A stretch of DNA of 64,000 bases from Octopus sinensis (Eukaryota): the NCBI RefSeq assembly GCF_006345805.1, contig NC_043003.1, forward strand, positions 43,958,001-44,022,000, read 5' to 3'. This document shows, one piece after another, positions 29,773 to 42,694 of the stretch (the stretch's first letter is position 1; every line of letters begins with the position of its first letter). The notes under the pieces are model-generated. The model was not told the origin of the DNA. It searched no databases and was given only the letters and a program-made list of their open reading frames with translations. The translations under genes and the position numbers were made by a program.

Positions 29773-30037
29773 TTCTTCTGATTTAGATTTGAAAATACTA
29801 AGAATCAAACATACCCGTCCGATATCTGTAACATTCTCTCCAAGAATTTGAACTGCAGCTTTTGCCTCTGTAGGAATGTACTACTCTATGACTCACGTGG
29901 GTGGACAGGGAGAATAATAGATCTCATTTGTATTTTTGGATTCGCTGGTACTGGGTGTCTGACATGGTTTGTCCGATGTTACAGATATCGGACGGGTATG
30001 TTTGATTCTTAGTATTTTCAAATCTAAATCAGAAGAA

Positions 30038-30105
30038 ATCTCTGAGCTGATGAAGGAAAAGTGGCGTTTAACCCACGAATCCAGAAACAGGCTGTCCTCG
30101 GGTAT
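30038..30105 (+). ncRNA. Type I hammerhead ribozyme-like motif (F4)
   Basis: Stem I ATCTCTGAG/CTCGGGTAT, CTGATGA 30047-53, stem II GGA..GTGG/CCAC..TCC, GAAAC 30084-88, near-palindromic stem III ACAGGCTGT and GTC site at 30094-96. Stem II is closed by A.A rather than the usual G-C. Confidence 0.55.
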
Positions 30106-30395
30106 CTTATGTGGATGTGATCTTTCATTGTTTTTCCCTTATACCTATGTGAGTTATTTTCTGAGTATGCTTTGTCTGGAGACTTTTATTTGCAGTTGAG
30201 GAAATAGCCAAATTTTTGGCTGCTATTTCTGAAAAGTTCGGTGTGTGGTAAAGTGAATTTTTTTACTTTACCATATTTTTATAAATTAATACTTCAAATA
30301 TACCGTAAACGGTCTTTTTTACATACCGAATACTGCTTGGTCGAATTGATTAACAATTAATTAATTCTACCCTTTTTTACTGACAATATAATGCT

Positions 30396-30701
30396 TTCTC
30401 TCCAAGAATTTGAACTGCAGCTTTTGCCTCTGTAGGAATGTACTACTCTATGACTCACGTGGGTGGACAGGGAGAATAATAGATCTCATTTGTATTTTTG
30501 GATTCGCTGGTACTGGGTGTCTGACATGGTTTGTCCGATGTTACAGATATCGGACGGGTATGTTTGATTCTTAGTATTTTCAAATCTAAATCAGAAGAAA
30601 TCTCTGAGCTGAAGGAAAAGTGGCTGTCCTCGGGTATCTTATATGGATGTGATCTTTCATTGTTTTTCCCTTATACCTATGTGAGTTATTTTCTGAGTAT
30701 G
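30396..30701 (+). repeat. Direct repeat of 29834-30169 with 3-nt and 27-nt deletions
   Basis: Sequence is otherwise the same; lacks TGA of CTGATGA and CGTTTAACCCACGAATCCAGAAACAGG. Confidence 0.95.
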
Positions 30702-30706
30702 TGTAT

Positions 30707-30740
<34 letters not shown>

Positions 30741-30771
30741 GTGTGTGTGTGTGTATGTATGAATATAAATA

Positions 30772-30828
<57 letters not shown>

Positions 30829-32975
30829 GAAAATATTTATTTATTTATGCATATGCGTGCGATTTTGCATATGAGCGTGTATACTCAACGATATTCCGCC
30901 GAGGTCGACTTTGCCTTTCATTCTTTCAAGAAGATAATTATAATTGCACGGTGTCATCCAACAGAGAATATAACGAGTTGCTTACGGAAGACTGAGTTCA
31001 ATGTGATTAAACCTACAGATACATGGATGGTTTACGAACATTTTATCCAGGTAATCTTATTTACTGCTTTTGTCTACATTTTATTTACCATCTGTTTTAT
31101 AGATTTGTTGATATTTTGGCTCTCACTGAAGTGCGAAGAAGGAAATCTTTGAAACTATTTCACTTCCTTCTTAGAAATTAGAGGAAAATATTATTCACTA
31201 ATATATTGGATTCATCTAATCGTTAATTGACCATATCAAACTCAAGATTAATAGCCAACATATTTCTCTTCCTCCATTAAATTACACTCCTTGATCTTAT
31301 AAGCTTTTTGTTTTGCTTTTTGATATTTATGCTTAAATTACGGAATAACATTGAATTAATGATTATCAATGAGATTTGGGTTTTTTTTTTTTTATGATTC
31401 ATTAATCCACGGGATGTTCTCTTGATTCCCCATTTGTAATCATTAAAAATTGAATGAACGCAAAAAGGAACTTTGTGAAAATCACTCTGTTTCCTTAAAG
31501 CATTCCGCCAAACATTTTCAGAAATATCGAAACAATCTAGGAAGATTCGACTAATTGGATCTCAGAGCAGATTCATGTCCATAGAGATAAGTGCAGTTGC
31601 TTCTGATGCTGATACCTTAATGTATAGCCTTTCAATACACACTCATTGCATATATGAAGAGGTTATATATATTCTGTACATAGCAAGGATATGCATCATA
31701 CATATCAAACGACAATGCATACAATATTTGTATATAAGCGTGAGTAAGGATTCATGTGTGTGATTGTGTATGTGCTTAAGGATTTCTGGATGTAAAGAGA
31801 GCATTAACGAAAGGCACTAATGTGAAAATAGCTCATTCATGAGTTACAGAATGGACATGATATCAGCCATGTCACATTGTAAACTTACGTGATTTTGTGC
31901 TGTGCTTCAAGGCCGATATCAACATCACATTTTGCTTATGGAATAAATATGTCTATGTGTGCGTATATGCGTGTGTTTTGTGTGTTGGTATGTGCATGTG
32001 TGTGAACGTGTATGTGTATGCACATATAAATGTGTACATATGTGTATGTACGTATATACGTGTATTTTTAGATGTATATATTCGAGTGTATATGCGTGTA
32101 TAATTCAATGGGATTTCAAACACTTCTGCGCGCGCATGTGTGTGCGTGGGTGCGTGCGTGTTTGTGGCAATGTGCTTACTGACTATAGTAAAACATTTAC
32201 AAGGATGCAGAATGCATGGCATCAGTACAAGCTTTGACTATCTACGGTACATTTGTGGTATAACTCTTCATCACCGTTCAGTTTCTTTCTCTATTTCCTT
32301 TTCGTTTTTATTATAGAACGTCTACTATGGTCCCGCTGAACCCAGAAATACTTAAATAACGATGTGCATTATGTAATAATTTCTGATCTCTGTTCTTAAG
32401 ACCTTACTGACTTTTTTTAAAATTCAAATGATTTACTTGAAAATTAACGTTCCCTGTTAAACATAGCTGGTCAATTTAAATTTGTTTAAAATCATATGAT
32501 AAGGACAGATTATTTACTTGATGTCATCGAATCAATCTCAATAGTAATAAATGAAAATGCTGCTAAAACAACCGTTGTGAATGATAAATTGAAAAAGAAA
32601 AATATCCTTTATTATCCTTTATATTTGAAAAACTTCTATTCACTTTGGGACAGAACAGCCTCTTATGTTCTGTTACTACGACCGAATACATGCGCTGACG
32701 TAAGCTGCAATGTTAAGGACATCTTATTTCATTGATCTACTGTGCTAGTGTTAAAAAAAACCTTTTCAAGATTGTCAACACATATCTTCTACAAAAATAA
32801 TAGCCAGCGCGGATTTGTTGCGACGTTTTCCATATAAATACACCTATTATAAACAATAACGTGATCGAAGAAAAATGGATATTATCTGTACATACGATAT
32901 TTCAGAAGCCCTTACCTCATTCATTAACTCACACATGCACACACGCACGCATGCACGTACACGTACTTACACACA

Positions 32976-33032
<57 letters not shown>

Positions 33033-33656
33033 ACACAGCATATAATTATGAGCTACTAGGCAGGTTGTAACAAGAAGCCTAGTGTCTTCTAGCAATCTCC
33101 ACACTGTGAGCACATACAAGGTCAATACTCGTTATAAATCAAGAAAACGGCAGGAAGGTGGATGCAAAAATCAGAAGAGAGTAAGAAATGGAAAAAGAAT
33201 GGAAAACGATAGTTAGAGATATATCGCATTTGACCGTAGCACTATAAAATTAGTTGTTGTAAAATGAATGGAATGGGTGGAAAGTTTGCGATACAGCTAT
33301 TCAGTCTGGGGAGGGTGTTGCCAAAAGGAACTTGTTCATATGTTTGCATTTGCTCAAAATTTCTGATCTGGTGTTTGATCTAGTGGTGTTCCAGCATGAC
33401 CCCGGCCGCATGGCTGAAACGAGTAAAAGAGTAAATTCTTGATCTAAAATATATACGTAATTTTGCAGCTACGCATAACTTGAAGTTTTTACATACATTA
33501 ACGTATGGTATATGAACTTTTCTTCGATTTTCCACATGATTCTACGGGGCAAGGAGTTGGTCTTCAAAAGAGAGACAAGTAGACAGGCAGACAGAATGAT
33601 ACTAATGATATGGTGTTAGAACTCAATATATATATGTGTGTGTGTGTGTGTGTGCG

Positions 33657-33703
<47 letters not shown>

Positions 33704-34670
33704 AATTATAATTAAATTCTTACAAAAAATATTATGAAGCATATTTGCTGATGATAGACGGCAATTCGCCTCAACACTTTAGAAATCACAAAACTGCACG
33801 TGCCGAGATCTAGGGAGCAATCTATCGTAAATTAATAACAGAATAGTTAACTTCGGATTAGGTACTTCCTGGTTCTGCTCCATAGCAGATTTAACGTTCA
33901 TCTTCAGTATATAGACTTCAAAATCTTTTTGTGTATCCTTGATTATAATTACATATATTTTAGAAATATTGAATTTCTAAATTTCTCAAAGAAACATGAG
34001 CGGTGGTGGAGCGACCGAGTGGTTGTATACCGTCAAAATAACGTGACAGTCCCGTGAAGGGAATTACACTACCGCTATTTAGCCCTAGGAAGCATCGACG
34101 CTTCCTGTCGGCATGATTTCAAATTAATCGGTCTATTTTTATATTCAGCCCACTGAAAAGTTTTTAAATAGATTGAAGAAAAAATATTATCCTTTATTAT
34201 TATAATCGAAACACTTCTATTCATTTCGAGGCAGAACATCTGCCTATGTTCTGCTACTACGATCGAATTCACGTGCTGAGGTAAGCTGCGAAATATATTC
34301 TTAGGGATATCTGAAGCATACATGTGTTGTTATGCCTCTGCCTTTGCTTTCCTGCAGATGTGTATAAATATATCATTTATTTCCTATATGTATCCTCTGC
34401 TTATGAGGTAAAACTATGAGGCAGAACTAGAAATTAGCTAATCCAGGGCTATCTATGTTGCTATTAATTTCCGCTTGCTTTTTCCCACGCATTTGGCGCG
34501 CGTACTTTTGTGATTATTGGAGTGATAAGACGATTTAGCGTCTATCTTCAGCATATAGGCTTGATAAATATTTTTTGTATGCTGTTAATCATAATTATAT
34601 ACATGATTTCACCTTAATCCATCTACTTTTCTATGCTGGTCACTGATAATTTTTTTCTGTTCGAAAGTTA

Positions 34671-36180
34671 TCTTGTATATATAAATATATATAAAACAGA
34701 AAATGCACGTCTATATGTTTGTCTGTTTGTCCGTCTGTATCGTTATGCATTTCCAATTTTTTCAACAGATTTCGTACCGAGCATAACCAAACACCGAATA
34801 ACTGCGCATAACTCTCTGTTTTTCGAGAGATTACTTCAAAGTTTGACACGAACATTACTTCCGATGTTTCCAACCGATTCACTCCAAAATGGACACAGAC
34901 ATTACTTATGTTTCAATAATTGTTTTGAATGGGAAAAGTATGCGAATAACTGCGTAAAAGTAATTTTTTTGCCAATAACTTTCGCAGTTCCAAAACCGAT
35001 TCCCTCCGAATTTGGTAAAAATATTACAGATGCTTGTTTGGTAGTTCTAAACTAATATTAGGTCAAGATTATTCGCATTTGCTATTTACTGGACTAAACT
35101 TGGTTCTTTGGTTACAATTTCTGCCGTTTACTCACGCGCCAACGATTGTAAGGCAGTTTTACGTCGCTGATTTGATCTGTGTACATTAGTACCCCCTATT
35201 ATTTGCCTAACATCATGATGGCCCCACCTACATTTCAGCACCAATTTTCTTTAATTGCCCTCCGCTCATGGTGTGATAATACGGGGTGAACTGTGAGTAT
35301 AACCTTTGATATGTGGACGTGAACACTATAAATGCCTTTCCCACAATTTTTTGATCTGTGTAGATTAGTATTTTCTTAACCCCCACCATCGCATACGGCC
35401 CTTACTTCAGCCTCTTATCTGGTGTTTATGATTGCTTTTACAACGTCCTTAGTGTTCAATCTACGCTGTGTATCACAGCATTTACAAGGGAGTTCTTCAT
35501 CTTTAAAGGTAATCTCTTACCTGAGAATAGACTAAGGACACGGAAGTTTAATTCATTCTCCCTTCTAAGTTGGCTAAAAATCTTACATACTTCATAACCC
35601 ACTTTTCCAATCTCGCAAGCAATGACACGACGACGAAGTGTTATAAGAAGAGATCTGTCAATAGCAGCAGGACAATATGCAAATCGAGTAGATTTTATGT
35701 GGGAGTACAGAGCATAGCAAAGTGCTGATTATAGCAGAAACGAGGACAGCATTCACAGGCAATAATTCTGCGACACTCACATATAACCAAAATGAAACTC
35801 GCAGAAGAAACAACAAGAAAAAGAGATTTACAGTATACAATTGGATAATTTTGCTGAAAAGGAACAAGAGAAAAGAGTGAAAGTAGGAAAAAGGTTAAAC
35901 AGAGAAATGTAATAAATTACAGAAAGAAGTTTTAGGAATTCCGTGCACACATGCACATTGCGTGTTCATACTTTTTTCGGTTTCAAAACTGTTTACAGAT
36001 CACAACCATCTCATGAATCTGCGTTCGTGCGGAGCGCCTAACACTCCCATGGTTATGCAAAAATAGATAAGGAAACTGACGAGAAAAGGGAAAGGAGATT
36101 AGAAAGTTTCAGAAAGAGGTCTGAAGATAGCCATGCATACAAAACGAGACGGAACAGAAAAAAGTCAGACTGAGAGAATA
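34671..36180 (+). mobile_element. Degenerate Helitron 5' region
   Basis: A|TC..TATATATAAAA 5' end followed by GTCTG-type repeats; downstream ETDEKRERRLESFRKRSEDSHA resembles Helitron Rep N-terminal charged repeats. No 3' end seen. Confidence 0.45.
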
Positions 36181-38981
36181 AGTTCCTTTGCTAGAATTTG
36201 TATGGAATGCGGCAAACATGAAAATGCGCAGCATTTGTGGAAACTAAATCTGTAATCACTAAGAAAACTTTACATGATGTTTCTTACATGTTTGTAAGCT
36301 CAGGTATCCATGAGTAGATATGCATATATTTTGGTAGTTTCCAATACATGTACACGTACTACAATGTCAAATATTCGTCTAATATTTATTGTAGAAAATA
36401 ACATGATATTGCATAATGAATGGATAACTGACAACTATAAGCCTGCATATAAAACATCATCATACCTGTAGCGTATTTGGGGAATAATAAATATAATTTT
36501 CTTATTTACATGTTATTTTGCGCACACACGGACACATGGACACACAGACATGCTTATATGTCTTCATATATAAGTATATTTTCATATACACATAACATCT
36601 ATAAAGACATCCACACATCCACACACACACACACGCATAATCACACACATATGCACATTTATATGCATACGTATATACGTGATCTATTAACTATTCAGTT
36701 TCATTGGGATCTCTCGTTTTTCCATAATTAGCAGCCTGACATGACCGAACGTTTGCGTTAGACTCTTAAAAAAACATGAAAATACTAGATATCATAGTTG
36801 AGAATACATTAGAACACAATGCTGGTTGATCATGTATTGAATAGTGGTTCACTGATTACATTTGGACACTCAATGACCCTCAAGCAAACATGCAATCAAA
36901 CATATCTGATGAATTTCTGTAATCGATAATACTGTACGAAACGGACTTTCAAATCTCGGTATATAGTAGTCAGACATATAATATCAAAGAACATCGATTG
37001 CCAAATCGTCATATAAACACATTACGTTTAATACGATATATCAATAGAGTTACAACAAACAGGAACAAGTCTCTATTATCTCGGTTATCGGCGTCGCATA
37101 TGATTACAGTATACCTTTAAATTTTCTGGTATTTGCAAGGCGTAAATATACCTCGTAAACATAGCAGAAAATTCCTGCGGTACAACACCAAGTTCCCATA
37201 AATCACGTATATTGAAATCAACAAATATAATATCGAACAGGATATCCATATGGCGAAGCTCGGTGAAAAGAATACCACTTTCATCAATAATAAAAAAAAG
37301 ACGCAAGTAAATTAGTATCACACACAAACACACACCAGTCCACATAGGTATATCGGAAAATCACAAATTTGCTATTAGTAACCGATGCACTCCCCGCTGC
37401 AGATCACGTTTTCAACAAGTAGACACTAATGCTATATTTCTCAAGAATATTTTGTAGATGATATATAAGTATTCTACAAGTACATCGCCTGCAGGAACCA
37501 AGGCAAATGTGAATAACAGAAAAAGGAACAGTAACGATGATTACTACTACCGTTACAAGTATACAGAATAATTTACTATTTTAAATGCCAAACAAGAAGG
37601 GACATATTTTTACTTCAATTCTCGTTATCAGCGCAATATAACATAAATTACTCTATACCTCATTAATAACTAACATAAATCGTTCACTAGCGAACCATCT
37701 GACAACAAACCTAAGAATTATAAATGGACGATTCTTCCAGAACTTATAAATCAGTGAAAAACGTGTCTCAGGCATCCTTTTTCACACCTATTCACTCTCA
37801 CTTCTACGACATTTCACAGTGTAACTTTGCACAGTAAACATATGAAGCTTTCACAATTCTCTTCTATTTCTACGATTTACTAGGCACAGTGAATGCACCC
37901 ATTCCCTCACCTTGGATCGTTCACCCAGGACATTTGGTTCAAGGAACTGAAAATAACACCAACCGAAATAGTTACACTACTTTCAATATAAACTCTTATA
38001 AAATCATAATCATACAACATGAAATCATAATCTCTCAATATAAATGTTCCGCAATCATAAAATAAAAAATTCCTCAAGTGAATATGTAAATTCATTTAAA
38101 ATTTCTCACTGCATTTATAAAACATGTCGTTAACAAAGCAAAAGAGCGCAAACAAGCAAGTTCGAAGTTCTGAGAAATGTTATGATCGGATAACAGAAAA
38201 CAGACAGCAGTGTACAAAACTACAAGATATTTAATGAAACATTTGCTAGTCAGGTCAGATTAAACAATATATATTCTAAAAAGTATAGCTGAATCTTTTA
38301 AAAAGTATAGTAACTGGTGCAGTTTTTAAAATGAGAATATGAAGACTAATCACACCGGATGAGGATACTGTATGAACCCTAATAATGAAATGGAAGGATT
38401 TCATCATGATCCAAAAGACCAAGTTTGTTTAAGGCGTCAAAATCGGGGCATTTCTCTCAATGCCAATTTAGTGGAATTACATCCAAGATACATAATTTTT
38501 ATAACAAAACAGTCCTGAACATTCTAAATATTCCACAATACATAATATCCTTAAATACAAAGATGATACCAGAAAGTTAGTATAAGCAGTTGCAGGATAC
38601 ATTAGATTGCAGTGATAAATGCATCGGGCAAAAACTTGTGTACGCATAATATATCAGAAAAGTATGTCCCACATCTATAGCTGTGTAATTGTTATAACAC
38701 AAATGTTTCTACGGGGTCACACAAAGTACAAGCAATAGCTACTGTCATTATTTTAAAAACACTTCTTAAAAATTACCTTAAAGGATTTTCTGTATAAATT
38801 ATTGCCAGCGCTGATTTTATTCGACGTTTCGTATCTGAGACGTCAGGTGTAAGCAAGAGTGTGATCGAATATGAAAAATGAGTAATAGGTGGATGTGCCA
38901 TTGTTCAATCTTTCTCTGTTATCAGCACCCATAAAACCCGTTAACGGTCCACGAACATCTTGTTTAAATATACATTAAATA

Positions 38982-40592
38982 TCTCTTATTATAAAAGGCA
39001 GATTTTATCTGCCTCCCTTTGTATCTTATAGAAATCTAAAATATAGGATTTCTTCAATTACAATTTACCTACCCTTTTTAAGAGTAGAATGCATCGGGTC
39101 GTGAGAGGTCCACTTTTTAAAATTTCAACCCCAATTAAGCAAAATTTAGAGAAAACTCACATTGTGGTGTATGAGTCAAATGCTTCTCTTAGTGTGGGAC
39201 ACAGCACACGCAAACGCACACACACAGTGTGCAACGAATAAAGTGAAACTAATTCACTTTCTCTAGTGAGTGACTATTTCACTCTACATTCCCACTTCCC
39301 ATTTACACACATAGACACGCAAATATATAAATAAAATTGTAAGCTAACGTGTGTGTGTGCGTGTGTGTGTGTGTGAGGATGCGTGTGTGTGTGTGTGTGC
39401 GTGTGCGTGAGTGTGTGACAGGAACGTTTTTTACGACGAATATAAGACCTATATCCAAGTAGCAGAAAGATCGCCCAAAAGTGTATATAGATATTTAAAT
39501 GTATTTATATATTCATCTATACACAGATGTATGTATAATGTGTGTGTATATATTTCCATAGCGGTAACCTTTCACTCCATACAAAGTTTTTTAGGACGAA
39601 TATAAGATCTAAAGTATATACAAGTAGCAGAAAGATCGCCCAAAAGTGTATATAGATATTTAAATGTATTTATATATTCATCTATACATAGATGTATGTA
39701 TAATCTGTGTGTATATATTTCCATAGAGGTAATCATTCACTCCATACAAGGTTTTTTAGGACGAAAATAAGATCTAAAGTTATCTCTAAGAAAAAGAAAG
39801 ATCGCCCAAAAGTGTATATAGATATTTAAATGTATTATATATTCATCTATACACAGATGTATGTATAATGTGTGTGTATATATTTCCATAGAGGTAACCT
39901 TTCACTCCATACAAAGTTTTTTAGGACGAATATAAGATCTAAAGTTATCTCTAAGAAAAAGAAGATCGCCCAAAAGTGTATATAGATATTTAAATGTATT
40001 TATATATTCATCTATACACACATGTATGTATAATGTGCGTGTATATATTTCCATAGAGGTAAACTTTCACTCCATACAAAGTTTTTTAGGACGAATATAA
40101 GATCTAAAGTTATCTCTAAGAAAAAGAAAGATCGCCAAAAGTGTATATAGATATTTAAATGTATTTATATATTCATCTATACACAGATGTATGTATAATG
40201 TGTGTGTATATATTTCCATAGAGGTAACCTTTCACTCCATACAAAGTTTTTTAGGACGAATATAAGATCTAAAGTTATCTCTAAGAAAAAGAAAGATCGC
40301 CCAAAAGTGTATATAGATATTTAAATGTATTTATATATTCATCTATACACACATGTATGTATAATGTGCGTGTATATATTTCCATAGAGGTAAACTTTCA
40401 CTCCATACAAAGTTTTTTAGGACGAATATAAGATCTAAAGTTATCTCTAAGAAAAAGAAAGATCGCCCAAAAGTGTATATAGATATTTAAATGTATTTAT
40501 ATATTCATCTATACACACATGTATGTATAATGTGCGTGTATATATTTCCATAGAGGTAACCATTCAATCCATACAAAGTTTTTTAGGACGAA
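38982..40592 (+). mobile_element. Non-autonomous Helitron-like element carrying a tandem array
   Basis: Starts A|TCTCTTATTATAAAAGG (Helitron-type 5' end), then an internal (TG)n run and the 165-bp array; 3' end not seen. Confidence 0.45.
39428..40592. repeat. Tandem array of seven ~165-bp units
   Basis: Anchor GGACGAA recurs at 39594, 39759, 39924, 40089, 40254, 40420 and 40586; the first unit is slightly shorter. Confidence 0.95.
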
Positions 40593-40596
40593 AATA

Positions 40597-41441
40597 TTTA
40601 TATATAAAAGAAAGGTTGTGTGTCTGTCTACTCCGATTTAGATTCCTAACTACTCCCACATTTTGCAATGCAGTTTAACCAAAACCGGGTATCTTATAGT
40701 CGTGATTCATATCGAGCCCTTCTGGGTATTAGCGCGCGTCTACGATGAGTCTATGATTTTACAAATAATTTACCATCATTTTTTTCCATTTTAATGCATA
40801 TTTTTTTAAATAAAGGGAAGTAACTCTCAAACTTCACACCAATATGCGTGCTCATATGCGACGTAATATCACATCAGCAGCATTTCCTCACACCCTCCTT
40901 GCACTTGGCGAAGGCAAAATACCAGGGGATGAAAATGGTAATATTGCCATCGATTCCATTTGTACCATTGTTCAGACGCCTTCTGATCTCAGAGATGCAG
41001 TGTTCCCAGATCTACAAGCTAATTATCAGAATATGGATTGGATTGGCAAAAAGGCTATACTGGCCCCGAGGAATAAAACTGTTCACCATATTAATGATGA
41101 AATGCTAAAACTCATTCCTGGGGAAGTCTATGTATATCAGTCTATCGATACAACTCCTGACCCAGAGGACGTCATCAACTATCCAATAGAGGTACTCAAT
41201 TCCTTTGAGCACCCCGGACTACCACCACACTTTCTCAAACTTAAAGTTGGTGCGCCTATAATGCTCATCAGAAATTTGGTTCCCCCAAAACAATGCAATG
41301 GCACACGTTTTATCGTTAAGTCCTTATCTCCCACCGTAAACTTATATCAATATTTGCCTGAATAATCATCATAATTCAGTGCAATTATTAACAGTACTTT
41401 CAAGCAATTCAGCCCCGAGCAACGCCGGGCAATTCTGCTAG
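40597..41441 (+). mobile_element. Internally deleted Helitron with both termini
   Basis: 5' A|TTTATATATAAAAG (TC mutated), 3' hairpin CCCGAGCAACGCCGGG then CTAG|T at 41438-41; the 5' part is homologous to 44480-44680 (minus). Confidence 0.88.
40844..41365 (+). pseudogene. Helitron PIF1-like helicase fragment (173 codons)
   Basis: (LKLHT)NMR, LLALGEG, KAILAPRN..V..IN and GLPPH.LKLKVGAPIMLIRNL.PP..CNGTR are PIF1/Helitron helicase motifs. Walker A and the last motifs are absent. Confidence 0.9.
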
Positions 41442-41966
41442 TCAACAAATAAACGCCTTGTTTAATTAGCCATTAAATATAGCTATATCAATTTTACAAA
41501 ACATATACATTCCTATCAATTGGTAGGATTGTGTGTGTACATATTAATTACTGGTAGGGACATCGTATTTCGTTATGCAATCATAATATGCTACAAAGTA
41601 TATTAAACGATGTTATAAGTCAATACTGAGTATTGCTGTGTTAGCAGTGCTATTGTATTACTAGCTGAGGTTACAACTTCAATTTTTTAAAGAAATTATA
41701 GCCAGCACTAGCCTTGGTACTTTACGGTTCTGAGTAAGCCTAATGTAAAAAACAATGAGATCGAAAATGAAAAATGCTGGCTACAGTTTCTAATGAAAAT
41801 ATGTAGGTATAACTAACGAAGTTATGTAATAGCTCTTGTAATACAGTAGAAGATATTGTAGGCTAATAAATGCGTTTCATTTACTTTGTAGTATATTATG
41901 TTTGCATAACAAAATACGTTCTCACTAAAGGTAATTAATATTTTAAAATAGTTTTAAGAAATAAAT

Positions 41967-42388
41967 GCAGGAGTGGCAGTGTGGTAAGTAGCTTGGTTCC
42001 GGGTTCAGTCCCACTGCGTGGCACCCTGAGCAAATGTCTTCTACTATAGCCTCGAGCCAACTAAATCCTTGTGATTGGACTTGGTAAAGGGAAACTGAAA
42101 GAAGCCCGTCGTATATATATGTGTGTGTGTGTATGCTTGTGTGCCCGTCGTATATATATATTATATATGTGTAGGTATATGTTTGTGCGTATGTGTTTGT
42201 CCCCCCAACATCGCTTGACAACCAATGCTGGTTTACGCCCCCGTCACTTAGCGGTTCGGCAAAAGAGACCTATAAAATAAGTAGTAGGCTTACAAAGAAT
42301 AAGTCCATAGGTCTAGTTGCTCGACTAAAGGCGATGCTCCAGCATGGCCGCAGTCAAATGACTGAAACAAGTAAAATAATAAAAGAAT
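41967..42388 (+). mobile_element. SINE family A
   Basis: Homologous to 24864-25305 along its length. Confidence 0.85.
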
Positions 42389-42480
42389 AATGATAGGTGC
42401 CTTCGGACAAAATCGCAATGCATAGATATGTGCATATATACTCATATATATACATATTTATATGAACATATACATATTTA

Positions 42481-42694
42481 TGAGGGGTGCTGACAATTTC
42501 CTGATTTTAAAGGCGTCGCGAAAAGCCTGGCGGGAAACCAAACCTTCCGACTTCTTTTATAGAGCTTAGAAAAAATAAAGCATCGCTGCAATAAGTGTGT
42601 AAATCTGATGAGGGATATGTTGGATAAAACCATAATTAACTGATACTCGTGCATTTTCTTTTACCAAAAGCCAGGAACTTTCCAGCATAACTCG
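42481..42694 (+). mobile_element. mariner-derived MITE
   Basis: TA|TGAGGGGTGCTGACAATTTCCTGATTTT ... AAAAGCCAGGAACTTTCCAGCATAACTCG|TA form diverged ~28-bp TIRs with a TA duplication; internal LEKIKHRCNKCVNL resembles the mariner transposase C-terminus. Confidence 0.75.

Larger units (their letters stand above)
29522..30288. repeat. 313-bp inverted repeat (29522-29834 / 29976-30288) with 141-bp spacer; probable Penelope-like non-autonomous element
   Basis: Arms are reverse complements with one mismatch found by eye (T29699 vs G30111); abuts a (TA)n run. Confidence 0.95.

Noticed and set aside
29611-30995. Three similar short ORFs (ILSIFKSKSEEISEL...)
   Set aside because: They are by-products of the inverted and direct repeats; no recognisable domain or splice context.
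34633-35055. 140-aa ORF as a host gene
   Set aside because: Overlaps a Helitron-like 5' end and has no recognisable motif.
36930-37150. CTKRTFKSRY, reminiscent of a PLE endonuclease
   Set aside because: Single short motif with no supporting flanks.
39428-40592. CRISPR-like regular repeats
   Set aside because: Units are contiguous ~165-bp near-identical copies with no unique spacers and no cas genes, in eukaryotic DNA.
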